NCBI GenBank assembly: GCA_943788985.1
Contig: CALSSJ010000012.1
Location: forward strand, 171,679 to 235,678
DNA length: 64,000 nucleotides
DNA from: an uncultured Lentisphaerales bacterium
GTDB taxonomy: Bacteria; Verrucomicrobiota; Lentisphaeria; JABSQK01; UBA12247
Reading direction: 5' to 3'
The notes under the pieces were generated by a model. The model saw only the letters and a list, made by a program, of their open reading frames with translations, did no database searches and was not told the DNA's origin. Made by a program: the position numbers and the translations under genes. This document shows, piece by piece, positions 28,349 to 38,792 of this stretch (position 1 is the first letter of the stretch; every line of letters starts with the position of its first letter).

Positions 28349-28423
28349 CGGTGAACAGAATTACCGCTGCTATCGGTAGCGTGTTGCGGCGCTTTACCCG
28401 CACCGCCTGGGGCAGAGGGGGAA

Positions 28424-28516
28424 AACCACGGAGGCACTAAGGCACGGAGAGGAAGGATTCTGGTCTGTTATTTAATGCCTGCAACTCTACCTCCGTGTCT
28501 CCGGACCTCCGTGGTT
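28424..28516. promoter_or_regulatory. Long imperfect inverted repeat (aaccacggagg…cctccgtggtt; nested cacggag/ctccgtg) in the 383-nt intergenic region
   Basis: The 11-nt perfect arms at 28424-28434 and 28506-28516 and the inner 9-nt arms at 28441-28449 and 28491-28499 were read directly. The loop is AT-rich. Confidence 0.35.
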
Positions 28517-28731
28517 AATTTCGGTCAAGCGCCCGCTACTGATCTTTCGGGTATAGTCATCGAGCCAGGAAAAACACGCCACAGGTACAGTAGGGAAAGA
28601 CCTTGCTGGTTTGCTAAAAAGGAGTGCGCCGGGCGTCAGCTGGCGTCCTTGCTTGCATGAATAGAGAATTTGCCGCGCTTATCGGTATGTTGCCGCGCGG
28701 TAGCCACAACCCAGGTCGATCGGAGATATAG

Positions 28732-29790
28732 ATGAAACAGAGAATGCAATGCGTTGCCAAAATCGTTCTGGGCTTGTGCCTCTGCGGTGGAACTGCCTTT
28801 CAAGCGAGTGCCGAACCTACCGACGCAGCGAAGGCAGCGAGGAAAGCAAAGCGCGCGCAGGCGGCGAAGATGCCGGCGAAGAAGAAGCCGAGGTATCTGG
28901 AGACGGGGGGAGAACGCAAGCTGAATGTTGTCTATAAGACAGTCGGCAAGCGCGAGCTGCAACTGGACCTCTATTATCCCACGGCAAAGCAGGGCGAGAC
29001 CACCCCCGTGATCTTTTACACGCACGGTGGCGGCTGGGCAGCTGGCTCGCGCTTCGGCGCAGCGAATGCTTCCTTTGGCGTGATCCACAAGAAATTAATC
29101 AGCGAAGGGTTTGCCGTCGTATCGATCGGGTACCGGCTGGCGAGAAAGGAGAGCGGTGTGGCGATTCGCGACTGCGTAATCGACGCCAAGGATGCCATGC
29201 GCTACATCGCCAAGAACAGCGATTCGCTGGGGCTCGACCCCAATCGTTTCTTCATGTTTGGCGACTCCGCAGGTGGGCAGATGGCCCAGATGCTGCTGCT
29301 GGCATCGCCTAAGAGCTTGCCGGGTGCGCCGGCGCTTGCCGATGCGTCCTACAAGACAGTAGCTGCTGTCTCTTGGTATGGCCCCTGCGACTTCGAGAAG
29401 ACCAGCCTTTTCAACCACGACGACCGGGAAAATTTCCGGGATCGCTTCGGGCCACGTATCCTCAACAGCGACCCAAAAGTTGGCACGGAGAAGAAGCTGG
29501 CGCTCTATCGCGAGATGAGCCCGATCAATTATCTGAGGACAGACAGCCCACCCTTGTTGATGATTCAAGGCGATAAGGACACCACCATCCCGGTGAAGCA
29601 CGCCTATTACATGCAGGAGAAGGCCAAGGAGTTGAAGGCCCCCGTCGAGGTCATGATCATCAAGAATGCAGGGCACAACTGGCGCAAGGTTGAGGCCGAT
29701 ATCGCGCCGACCCGGAACGAGATTATCGAGGCAACGGTGCAGTTCTACCTGCATCACGCTGGAAAGATTAGCACCGCACCCGCAGAATAA
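28732..29790 (+). CDS. Alpha/beta hydrolase (esterase/lipase; acetyl-esterase-like) with signal peptide and Lys/Ala-rich linker
   Basis: HGGGW oxyanion motif, GDSAGG nucleophile elbow, signal peptide, and the low-complexity stretch [21 protein letters not shown]. Confidence 0.75.
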   Translation: MKQRMQCVAKIVLGLCLCGGTAFQASAEPTDAAKAARKAKRAQAAKMPAKKKPRYLETGGERKLNVVYKTVGKRELQLDLYYPTAKQGETTPVIFYTHGGGWAAGSRFGAANASFGVIHKKLISEGFAVVSIGYRLARKESGVAIRDCVIDAKDAMRYIAKNSDSLGLDPNRFFMFGDSAGGQMAQMLLLASPKSLPGAPALADASYKTVAAVSWYGPCDFEKTSLFNHDDRENFRDRFGPRILNSDPKVGTEKKLALYREMSPINYLRTDSPPLLMIQGDKDTTIPVKHAYYMQEKAKELKAPVEVMIIKNAGHNWRKVEADIAPTRNEIIEATVQFYLHHAGKISTAPAE

Positions 29791-29879
29791 TCGACACCCC
29801 ATCCGGAGAGAGATCGTGCCTCTACTTCAAGGGCGATGGCACACACCGGAGCAAGATCGGCATCACCCCGCAGCGCTCA

Positions 29880-31500
29880 AAGGGCGTGGCGGGCAGCTGT
29901 GACCCCGCCGGCAAGGTACTGAGCGTGGTCACGTGCCATGTGCAGGATGCTGCCAATGGCTTCGTGAACTCCATGTGAGAGCACCAAGGCAAGCCCTGTC
30001 GTGTGGGGACTTGATCAATCTCTACAACGATGGCTCACCGGGCCCCACAAAGCCACCATTATGCCCGAGGCGGTCAACACCGCGCTGCATCAGTGGCTAC
30101 AGGACGAGGCCAACGTGCGTATACACCGCACCACAAACAAGCGCCCAGTCGACATGTTTGAGGAGGAAAAGCCAGCGCTACAACCACTTCCGGGCATCTC
30201 CCAGCCGTGCTGTGCGGTCGATCGTAGCGTCAGCAACAGTTGCTGTCGAATCACCGTCGGCGACAACTACTACAGCATCCCAGCTGCCTACGCTTCGTAG
30301 CGGCTGATCTTGCAGCGCGGAGTCGATCGCATTTGTGTAAGAACCACCGAGGACGTCTTCGTCGCCGAACATATCCGCGGCTTCGCTCGCAAGCGCCCAG
30401 TCATCGATCCGCAGCACGAGAAACAGATCGAAGACCTCACCAGCCGCGCCCGCCATAACCGGCAGGTTACCCTCTTCCTGCAACTCGGTAGCAGCGCATT
30501 CTCCTACCTGGACGGGCGCGAGGAGAAGCGCGTAAACTACCCGAGCCACATCCGGCGCATCAATGACGTTATTGCCACCTTTGGCTACGATCAGGTTGCT
30601 CGTGCCTTGGCTGAATACTAACGGTAAAACGGTGCCTGTGGCGCTGACCACATCCACAACCTACATGGTTTGCGTCTGCGCAAAAAACAGCAAGAAGCAG
30701 GTGGGCCCTTACATCTCACCAGAAAAGCCGACCTGCTCCATATCGAGTTTCCCCCGGCCAAACTCAAGCTCTACGATCAGGACACACAGCTATGACCGAA
30801 CGCCTCCGGGCCACGATTAAGGAACTCAACCCCAGCTAGATCGCTGATAACCTCGACATCGAAACTGCCGAAGCCATCCGGCTCTCACGTCCGGCCCATG
30901 ACCTCATCGAGCAGCTTTTCGAAGGCCCACTAGCTTATCGTCACAACCGCAGCGTCGAGCGCCGCATGCGTCAGGCCAAACTATCGCGGCGCAGGAGCTT
31001 GACTGACTTCGACTTCTACTGGCCATCGGTCATCAATGCCGACCAAGTTCGCGCGTTGTTCACCTTAGGCTTCCTGCGTGATGCAGACCAACATCGTCTT
31101 CATTGGCACCGTTGGCTTAGGGAAGACTCATCTTGCCTGCGCCCTCATCGCTAAAGCCTGCGAAAAGCGTAAGAACGCGTTGTTCAACCCATCAGTGAGC
31201 ATGATCAACGAGTTCATCGACGCTCGTAAATACGGTACGTTATCCAAAGCCATCAAGCGCTCCCTACGCTGCGATCTATTGGCCATCTACAAACCTGGTT
31301 AATTACCCATGGACAAACTCATTGCCGAGCTGGTATTTCGGGTTCTTGCAGGTCGTTACGAACGCGGCTCCACCATCATCACAATCAACCGTGTCTGCAA
31401 GGACTGGACCGTGACTTTTGCAGGTGACAGTGCAATGACGGCCGCCGTCCCAGACCGCATCGTCTATCATTGCCATACCGTTGTTATTGAGGAGTAGAGC
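29880..31500 (+). mobile_element. Decayed IS21-family element: 5'-truncated istA (C-terminal third only) plus frameshifted istB
   Basis: IstA C-terminus (ANVRIHRTTNKRPVDMFEEEKPALQPLP; …IDPQHEKQIED…) is split over two frames. IstB pieces (TNIVFIGTVGLGKTHLACALIAKA Walker A; IITINRVCKDWTVTFAGDSAMTAAVPDRIVYHCHTVVIEE) lie in three frames. No intact transposase and no terminal repeats were identified. Confidence 0.7.
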
Positions 31501-31590
31501 TACAGAATGAAAGACCGCGTAAGCTAGCTAAGGGCTCATGGTGGCCGCATCGCAGCCCCTTCCTTTTTGGTGGGGCCAGCATTTATGCCG

Positions 31591-32175
31591 CTACTGAGGC
31601 CACCTCGGCATCTTCCGGAAGTCGTTTAGCATCGCCTCTTGACCTTGTGAGATGACCTCCGGTGTCGGATGTACGAGAGGGCATCCTTTTACGGCGATGC
31701 CCTTGCCGTAGACGTACCTTTCCAGTTGGACTAAAATCCCCGAGGCGATCAAGTCTTTCAGCGGCGATAGGACCGTGACCTCGGTCTCCGCCAGATTGAG
31801 AGTTCGCAGCGAAGCAAGGCCTGTGAAACAGGCAACAGATATTAGCTTGGAGTTGGCGCGGAGGTCGAGAGTGGGGATTATTATCAGGACCCAGGCGATT
31901 GCCCAGGCACACTCGTTATCAATCTGGCAACGCCATAGGATAAGCGAGCGCAGCCGTTTGAGAGGCTTTAGCTTCTCTGCGACGTCCTCGCAAGTTTCCT
32001 TGAGTTGGCTAACCTGCTTTGCTCGTAGTTCAGGCTGCCACTCCGGCGGCGAGGGTGAGAGCCACCTGTCATGCCCGAGTAGAGCAAAGTCTTCTCGCCC
32101 TTCATCGCGGACCCGGGCAATGACAGCGTCCAGTTGCTAGTGCGTAATCCGCGGCAGCGTTCCCTCTCTGGCCAT
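31591..32175 (-). pseudogene. Leucine-rich-repeat-like hypothetical protein interrupted by an in-frame TAG at codon 13
   Basis: Minus strand: AAGGA-ATG MAREGTLPRITH-TAG-QLDAVIARVRDEG…LKPLKRLRSLILWRCQIDN…LASLRTLNLAETEVTVLSPLKDL… (LxxLxLxxN-type repeats). The in-frame stop sits at 32137-32139. Confidence 0.35.
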
Positions 32176-32475
32176 CCTTCTGACTCTCGTATGTATACTC
32201 TTTATCTAGGCTGCTTCGGGGCCGTATGGCGGCGCACATTTTATGCGTTCATGTGCAGTGAAATAAGAGGCAAATGCCAAAGATGAAGGCACTGACGGAA
32301 AGTTTTGCGAATTTCTCGCTATACTGCTCGGAGTGACAGCTCGGCGCGAGCTGGCGGGGGGGCTTAGTCAACGACGGGAGTCGCGTGGGACGCTGTGAAG
32401 ACCCGGCGGAAGAACGGCACTGCCGTGCCTGACTACGAACAACGAAATCGTCCAAGGGACGATTGGATCAGCAGG

Positions 32476-34446
32476 TCAGACGACGCGGTCGTTGCCGCCA
32501 TCGATCGGGATCTGCGCCCCGGTGGTCCGGGCGAAGAGGGGGCCAGCAAGGGCTTCGACTAAGGCGGCGACTTCCTGGGAGGAAACTGCGGTCTTGAGCA
32601 GATTGCGGGTGGTGTACTCGGAGACGGTCAGGCCGTAGTTGGCAGCTCGGGTCTCGAGCACGCCATCAGACCAGATGCCGGTGTCGTAGACAGCGTCAGG
32701 ATGAAGGATGTTGACGCGGATGTTGTCGGCGGCTAGTTCGAGCGCGGCGACGCGTACGAGCTGGGTGAGACCGGCTTTAGCCGCGGAATAGGCGACGGCG
32801 CCGGGACCCGGTGCCGGGACGTTCTTGCTGCCGATGACGACGATAGCTGGATCGATGCCCGCACGGAGAAAGGGGATGCTGACCTGGAGTAGATTTTTGT
32901 GCTGGGTGAGGTTGAGCTGCAGGCTCTGGTCCCAGGTTGCATCGCTGAGGGTTTCGATTGGCTCGCCTGGGCTAAAGACGCCCGCGTTGCTGACGACGAT
33001 GTCGAGGCCACCGAAGTGGCGCACTGTGGCGTTTACTGCCTGGCGGATGGCCTCAGGATTGCGCAGATCGCAGATGAGACCGAGGGCCGCCGGGCTGTTG
33101 AAGAGCGTGGTGATTTTTGGGTCTACGTCCAGTGCGACGACGGCCGCGCCAGACTTGAGAAACTGTTCGCAGGTGGCGCGGCCAATGCCGCTAGCGGCAC
33201 CGGTGACGAGGGCAATCTTGCCGCGAAGAGGTGGGGCACTTGCTTGCTTGCGAAGTTTGGCTTGCTCGAGCTCCCAGTACTCGACGTCGAAGATGTCAGC
33301 TGGGGAAAGGGCTTCCCAGCCGCCGAGGGATTCGGCAAGCTGCACGACTTTTGCGGTATGGGCCGCGATGTCGGCGATGATCGCAGCTTCGCGGCTGTCT
33401 GCACCGAGGGCGATGAGCCCGGCACCTGGCCAGATGGCCCAGCGCGGGGCCGGGTCGAGGCAGGTCAGGCCGTCCTGATTGTGCTGGTCGAAGTAGGCGC
33501 GGTAGGCGCTGGCGTAGTCGGAGATGTCTTGCTCGGCGTTGCCAGTCAAGACAACGGGCGTGCGCTTGGTCCGAATGGAATGGTCGGGAGTGACGGGGCC
33601 GCGGGCGCCAATCGTTGCGATGTCGGCACGATCAGCGTAGGCTCGCAGGGCAGGGCTGTCGTCCAGCTTGGCGAGGACTGGGATGCCGCGGAAGCGTGAG
33701 ACGCAGGCGCGCAGCTTTGCCAGAGCCTGAAGGTCTATGGCGGGCTCAGCGGTGGCGCGTGGGGCTAGGGAAGCGCGACTGCTGAGGTATTCTTCTGCCT
33801 GGGTGACGAGCTTGATGTGTTGCTCGTACGAGGCTCGGGCATCGTCATGAAAGGTGAAGAGGCCGTGATTGAGCAGGACGATGCCGTCGAGTTGGTCCCA
33901 GTCGACGTCGCGGGTGCGCTCGTAGACTGCTTTGGCGAGGACGAAGCCAGGCATGACATAGGGAATGGTGAGGATCCGGGGGCCGAAGACTTCGCGGACG
34001 CGGGCTTCATTGTCGGGCGCGTTAGTGATCGCCAGGACGGCGTCTGCGTGGGAGTGGTCGACAAAGCGGAAGGGAATGATGGCGTGCAGGATGGCTTCGA
34101 CGGAGGCGTTGGGGGCACCCGGATCGAGCATGGCGAGGCGCTGTTGGCGGACCATCTCGGTGTCGGACAGGGATGCGCATTTTGCCAGTTGGAGGAGGAC
34201 GTCGAGGCGGAGTGGTGCGAACCCCGCAACTTCGATGGTGGCAAGGTCCCAGCCGCTTCCTTTGACGAACAGGGTCTCGAGCGGCGTGCCGAAGAAGTCA
34301 TTCTCGGTCATCTTGACGCTGGTGTTGCCGCCGCCATGGAGGACGAGGTCAGGGTCTTGCCCGAGCAGGCGTGAGGTGTAAACGCGCAACGCTTTTGGGT
34401 CGTCGCCACAAGCGGCTGCTGCTGAATCATTCCAGAGGCTTTTCAT
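32476..34446 (-). CDS. Bifunctional class II aldolase (adducin/RhaD-like N-domain) / short-chain dehydrogenase-reductase fusion
   Basis: N-terminal aldolase-family domain (LHGGGNTS, HSHADAVLA) plus a C-terminal SDR (TGAASGIGRA, NAG, YSAAKAG). Its ATG overlaps the mtnA stop (ATGA). Confidence 0.8.
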   Translation of the reverse strand: MKSLWNDSAAAACGDDPKALRVYTSRLLGQDPDLVLHGGGNTSVKMTENDFFGTPLETLFVKGSGWDLATIEVAGFAPLRLDVLLQLAKCASLSDTEMVRQQRLAMLDPGAPNASVEAILHAIIPFRFVDHSHADAVLAITNAPDNEARVREVFGPRILTIPYVMPGFVLAKAVYERTRDVDWDQLDGIVLLNHGLFTFHDDARASYEQHIKLVTQAEEYLSSRASLAPRATAEPAIDLQALAKLRACVSRFRGIPVLAKLDDSPALRAYADRADIATIGARGPVTPDHSIRTKRTPVVLTGNAEQDISDYASAYRAYFDQHNQDGLTCLDPAPRWAIWPGAGLIALGADSREAAIIADIAAHTAKVVQLAESLGGWEALSPADIFDVEYWELEQAKLRKQASAPPLRGKIALVTGAASGIGRATCEQFLKSGAAVVALDVDPKITTLFNSPAALGLICDLRNPEAIRQAVNATVRHFGGLDIVVSNAGVFSPGEPIETLSDATWDQSLQLNLTQHKNLLQVSIPFLRAGIDPAIVVIGSKNVPAPGPGAVAYSAAKAGLTQLVRVAALELAADNIRVNILHPDAVYDTGIWSDGVLETRAANYGLTVSEYTTRNLLKTAVSSQEVAALVEALAGPLFARTTGAQIPIDGGNDRVV

Positions 34447-35501
34447 ACGGAGGAGTCGGCTGGTTCGTAGAGGTTTGCCAGGTTGGTGGCGTAGGGGGGA
34501 AGCACGAGCCCGCGATCGGTGATAAGCCCGGTGACTAGGTCATGCGGCGTGACGTCGAAAGCTGGATTGCGCACTTGTATGTTCTCGGGGGCGGTGCGAC
34601 GGGCGCCAAAATGGGTGACTTCTTCGGCGCTGCGCTCTTCGATCGGGATGCCGCTGCCGTCGGGGGTGCTGAAGTCGATAGTGGAGGAGGGCAGGGCGAC
34701 ATAGAAGGGGATGCCAAAATGCTTGGCGCAGATGGCGACGCCGAGGGTGCCGATCTTGTTGGCCACGTCACCGTTAGCAGCCACGCGGTCGGTGCCGGTA
34801 ATGACGAGGTCGATCTCACCGGATGCCATCATGTGAGCGGCCATGTTGTCGGTAATGGCGGTGACGTCGATGCCGCTGCGCTGAAGCTCCCAGCAGGTGA
34901 GGCGGGCGCCTTGGAGGAGCGGGCGGGTTTCGTCGGCAAAGACGCGAAAGTTGCGGCCCTGTTGCTGGGCGATGTACATGGGGGCGAGGGCGGTGCCGAT
35001 GCCAGAGGTAGCGAGAGCGCCAGCGTTACAGTGTGTGAGGACACCCATTCCATCTTGGATCAACGGCGCACCATGTTCGCCCATGGCCTGGCACAAGGCT
35101 TGGTCTTCGGCGTGAATTTTCTGGGCCTGGGTGACGAGCGCATCGTACATTTGCGCGGCGGCCAGGTTGCTGAGGGATTCTGCTTTGCGGAGCATGCGAT
35201 CCAGCGCCCAGCTGAGGTTTACAGCGGTTGGGCGAGAGTCCGCGAGATAGGCGGCTTGTGCGCGCAGACCGGTGAGGAAGGCGGCGGGACTGGCGTTACG
35301 GAGTTCGCAAACCGCAACAAGTAAGCCATAGGCGGCGGCAACTCCGATGGCTGGCGCACCGCGGACTTTGAGCTGCTTGATGGAGTCCCAGACTTGCTCA
35401 GCGCTGGTCTGCTCTTCCATCACTTCTTCCAGCGGCAACCGGGTCTGGTCCAGAAGGAAGAGGGCGCCATTGCGCCAGCTAACAGTTTCAGGGAGCGTCA
35501 T
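34443..35501 (-). CDS. mtnA: S-methyl-5-thioribose-1-phosphate isomerase (eIF-2B alpha/beta/delta family)
   Basis: MTLPETVSWRNGALFLLDQTRLP…RGAPAIGVAAAYG…CNAGALAT…GTDRVAANGD…NKIGT are hallmarks of MtnA. The ORF track extends upstream to a TTG start at 35921. The ATG chosen is about 420 nt inside that ORF and the coordinate is ±2 nt. Confidence 0.8.
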   Translation of the reverse strand: MTLPETVSWRNGALFLLDQTRLPLEEVMEEQTSAEQVWDSIKQLKVRGAPAIGVAAAYGLLVAVCELRNASPAAFLTGLRAQAAYLADSRPTAVNLSWALDRMLRKAESLSNLAAAQMYDALVTQAQKIHAEDQALCQAMGEHGAPLIQDGMGVLTHCNAGALATSGIGTALAPMYIAQQQGRNFRVFADETRPLLQGARLTCWELQRSGIDVTAITDNMAAHMMASGEIDLVITGTDRVAANGDVANKIGTLGVAICAKHFGIPFYVALPSSTIDFSTPDGSGIPIEERSAEEVTHFGARRTAPENIQVRNPAFDVTPHDLVTGLITDRGLVLPPYATNLANLYEPADSSV

Positions 35502-35773
35502 GGGACGGACAATACTGCGAATCTGCTGGCAAGCAACTGCTAGCAGTCTGTCGGACTTGGGATGATCCGCTGCAAACCTGCGCGACTTCGGATTATTTCG
35601 CGGGTAATTTGGGTTGGGTACGCAGGGGCATCGGCGAGGTGTCCCCAGTGCACCGGAGCATCCAAAATCCCTCTCGCACTCACCTGCCAATTTACGATTC
35701 ACCACACTAGTGCCTTTTGACTTGATAACGCTGGTGCATAGGGTCGGCGATCGAAACAGCGAAGGAGAGGGGC

Positions 35774-37330
35774 ATGGCCGTAGCGGAGACCTCGGAGCGA
35801 CACACGGAGACTGAACTGGCTGACGCTCCGGAGAACAACCTGATGCAGAGGCTGTTTTGTTCTCCCAACCGTGTCTTTTTGATCTCGTTTGTGCTCTTGC
35901 TGCTCTATAACATCGAGGCAATCCAGGATCCTCCGTATTGGGACGAGATCGTGGGGCGTTTTAATACGGCTATTTTGTTGAAACAGACGGGGTGGGACTT
36001 TAGGCAGCTGTTCGTGCTTGAGCCGGGCTATTATGAGGGCGGATCGGCAATCGGAAAGTCCTTTTTGCTTACCTATGTAGAGGCTGTGATGTATGCGGTT
36101 CTGCCGCCGGCTGCGATTTTTGTGCTGCTGCATGTGATGACGATCGCTCTGGCAGCACTGGCCTTTACGTTGTCGTTCGTGCTGCTGGAAAAGCGTGTTG
36201 GTGCTGGTCTGGCTGGGCTCTGGTCGGGGGCAGCAGCGATGCTGCCGATGTGGAATGGGCAAACGGCGGCGCTGGGCAATGATGTGCCGGCCGCAGCCGC
36301 GGTGATGCTTGGACTCTACGCGTTCGACCGGGAACGATATGGCTGGTGTTGTGGTTGGGTGCTTCTGGCGTACCTGTTGAAATCCACGGGGATCATCTTG
36401 GCCCTAGCGCTGGTGACTTGGGCGGTGATTACAGCGGTGGCGGCGTGGCGCACGTCGCGGGTTGAGAGACAGTTTAGTGGAAGGGATATTAGCTTGTTGG
36501 TCGGGCCACTGCTGCTGATCATTGGGCTGCGGTTTGGTGTTGATTACGGCGAGGGGATGGAGGGCGGCGCACAGCACTTGGCGCAAGGACTGGGCCGGGT
36601 GATGGGGTATGGAAAGTTGTGCATCCCGCTTCTGTGCTTGAGTGTCCCGGTGCTGATTCTGGTAAGCGCTGGCTTCTTTCTGCGCAAGGGACTGTGGGCC
36701 CGGATTCTTGCGCATCGCTTGGAGTTGATGATTACGATTCTGGTGCTGGGTTTTTGGGCTTCGTTTGTTCTGTATGTGCACTCGCTGCCTCGGTATGCGT
36801 CGTTCGCGGTGTTTCCGACCGCGATGGCGATGTGCCTGATGCTGCCGCGACGGGTGGCCACGGGCCTGGGCATGGTTGTGCTTTGCTGGGGGGCGATCAA
36901 CCAGCATGGGCTGTTGCTGCCGAAGTTGCCGTCGTACGTCGGGCGCTCTGGCGAGTATTTGGAGCGGAGCCGTGAGTACTTGGAGGATCTGGCGAGTAAC
37001 CGGGCGCTTTGCAAATACCTGGAGGAGAATCACTTTGAGCGAACGATTGTGACCAAGTACCCGCACCTGCACATGCTGTGCTTGCCGGAACTGGGGTATG
37101 TGAGTCGGGCGCTGCCGAACGTGGTCGGGACAGGACTGGTGCCGACCACGGGAGCTGCCAAGCTGTTGCCAAAGGGGCAGGTGATCCCTGCTGGAGCGCT
37201 GGTGCTGTATGCGCCGAGCACGTTCGACTTGCTTTGCGATGTTTCTTTAATGCCTGGCCCCAAAGATCGGTTGATCGAAGGCGATCAGAGCCTGGCCACG
37301 CCTGTCCTGATCTATGAGCGGGGCCAGTAG
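35774..37330 (+). CDS. Polytopic integral membrane protein (about 12 TM, possible GT-C-type glycosyltransferase-like)
   Basis: Many hydrophobic helices plus a C-terminal soluble ~130-aa domain. No specific catalytic motif was recognised. Confidence 0.45.
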   Translation: MAVAETSERHTETELADAPENNLMQRLFCSPNRVFLISFVLLLLYNIEAIQDPPYWDEIVGRFNTAILLKQTGWDFRQLFVLEPGYYEGGSAIGKSFLLTYVEAVMYAVLPPAAIFVLLHVMTIALAALAFTLSFVLLEKRVGAGLAGLWSGAAAMLPMWNGQTAALGNDVPAAAAVMLGLYAFDRERYGWCCGWVLLAYLLKSTGIILALALVTWAVITAVAAWRTSRVERQFSGRDISLLVGPLLLIIGLRFGVDYGEGMEGGAQHLAQGLGRVMGYGKLCIPLLCLSVPVLILVSAGFFLRKGLWARILAHRLELMITILVLGFWASFVLYVHSLPRYASFAVFPTAMAMCLMLPRRVATGLGMVVLCWGAINQHGLLLPKLPSYVGRSGEYLERSREYLEDLASNRALCKYLEENHFERTIVTKYPHLHMLCLPELGYVSRALPNVVGTGLVPTTGAAKLLPKGQVIPAGALVLYAPSTFDLLCDVSLMPGPKDRLIEGDQSLATPVLIYERGQ

Positions 37331-37403
37331 GGCGGGAAAACCCGGCCTGTTTTCAGGGAAGTACGTTGCGTTCAGGCAGAGCTGTTGTACTTAGGCGTAA
37401 CGA

Positions 37404-38792
37404 TTGAATGGTTTTGGGGGACTCATGCACAAGCCGTCTAGCCAGACGTCCAGACCGAATATCGTCTTTTTTCTGCTGGATGATCTCGGGATCAAGGATC
37501 TGGGCTGCTACGGCAGCGCGTTTCACGAATCGCCACGCATTAACCAAATGGCTGCGGAGGGGATGCGGTTTACGAATGCGTACGCCTCGCATCCAGTCTG
37601 TGGGCCTTCGCGGACTGCGATTCTGTCCGGGCGATCGCCCGGACGGCTGGGCGTGACGAACATTGGCGGGAAGATCGCGGGGGCTGGCGTGCCGTGGCCG
37701 AAGGTGCTGCAGGAGGCGGGCTACGCGACCTGCTTTGTCGGGAAGTGGCATATGGGCTCGCGGGAATCGGTGCTGGAGAGTGGTTTCGATGTGAACGTGG
37801 CTGGCTGCGAAATTGGGCAGCCTTCTGACTTCTACTATCCGTACCGGTTCTATGACGATGGGCGAGCTTGCGACGGTGATGTCCCTGATATGGCGGATGG
37901 CAAGCCTGGGGACTACCTGACTGACAAGCTGACCGATAAGGCGCTCGACTTTGTGGAGGCGCATCAGGAGGAACCGTTCTTGGTGTACCTCTCGTATTAT
38001 CAGACGCACAAGCCTCGAATTGCACCGGCACAGGGCAAGAAGGAGCATGTGGCGCACTTTCAACAGAAACTGGCGGGAATGCCAGAGCCTGCTGGTCCGA
38101 CGACGCGGGTAGAGGTGCACGGCGAGGCGCAAACCGTGGAGTGCCTGGTGCAACGCAATGCGGAGTTCGCAGGGCAGATCAAGGCGGTGGACGACAATGT
38201 CGGGCGGGTTCTTGACCGATTGGAAGAGCTGGGGCTGGCTGAGAATACGATCGTGATCTTCACGGCGGATCAGGGGAGCGTCTGCACGAGCGAGGAATTC
38301 ATGGTGTCGAGTCAGCAGCCGTACCGGCTGGGCAAGGCCTGGATGTTCGACGGTGGGCTGCGGGTGCCGTTTTTGGTGCGTTGGCCGGGAATGGTTCCGG
38401 CGGGAGCGAAGAGTGACGTGGTGACAATTAGCACCGATCTTTATCCGACGATGTTGGCGGCAACTGGGCTGCCGGGGCGGCCTGAGCAGCATCAGGATGG
38501 GGCGAGTATTTTACCGGTTCTGTGCGAGGAGAAAGGCTTGCCTGAGCGGGCGCTGGTGTGGGTCTATGATTATGACCACGGCGAGCTTGGGCATAAGGCA
38601 TCTGTGGCGATCCGCCATCGGGGGCACAAGCTGATTTACTGGCTCGGCGACGGCCATGCAGAACTTTATGATTCGGAGACCGATGTGGCTGAGGCGCAGG
38701 ATCTCAGCGCGGAGTATCCGCAGCTGGTGGCATCCATGATTGATGAATTGAAACAAGTGGACTACATGGAGCAGTACCTATGTCAGAGTTGA
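37404..38792 (+). CDS. Formylglycine-type sulfatase without an obvious signal peptide
   Basis: IVFFLLDDLGIKD and CGPSRTAILSG (C-x-P-x-R), GKWH. The N-terminus MNGFGGLMHKPSSQTSRPN is not hydrophobic. An alternative start is at 37425. Confidence 0.8.
   Translation: MNGFGGLMHKPSSQTSRPNIVFFLLDDLGIKDLGCYGSAFHESPRINQMAAEGMRFTNAYASHPVCGPSRTAILSGRSPGRLGVTNIGGKIAGAGVPWPKVLQEAGYATCFVGKWHMGSRESVLESGFDVNVAGCEIGQPSDFYYPYRFYDDGRACDGDVPDMADGKPGDYLTDKLTDKALDFVEAHQEEPFLVYLSYYQTHKPRIAPAQGKKEHVAHFQQKLAGMPEPAGPTTRVEVHGEAQTVECLVQRNAEFAGQIKAVDDNVGRVLDRLEELGLAENTIVIFTADQGSVCTSEEFMVSSQQPYRLGKAWMFDGGLRVPFLVRWPGMVPAGAKSDVVTISTDLYPTMLAATGLPGRPEQHQDGASILPVLCEEKGLPERALVWVYDYDHGELGHKASVAIRHRGHKLIYWLGDGHAELYDSETDVAEAQDLSAEYPQLVASMIDELKQVDYMEQYLCQS

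Noticed and set aside
36404-37072. 222-aa Arg/Gln/His-rich minus-strand ORF
   Set aside because: Antisense to the polytopic membrane protein gene; compositionally implausible.
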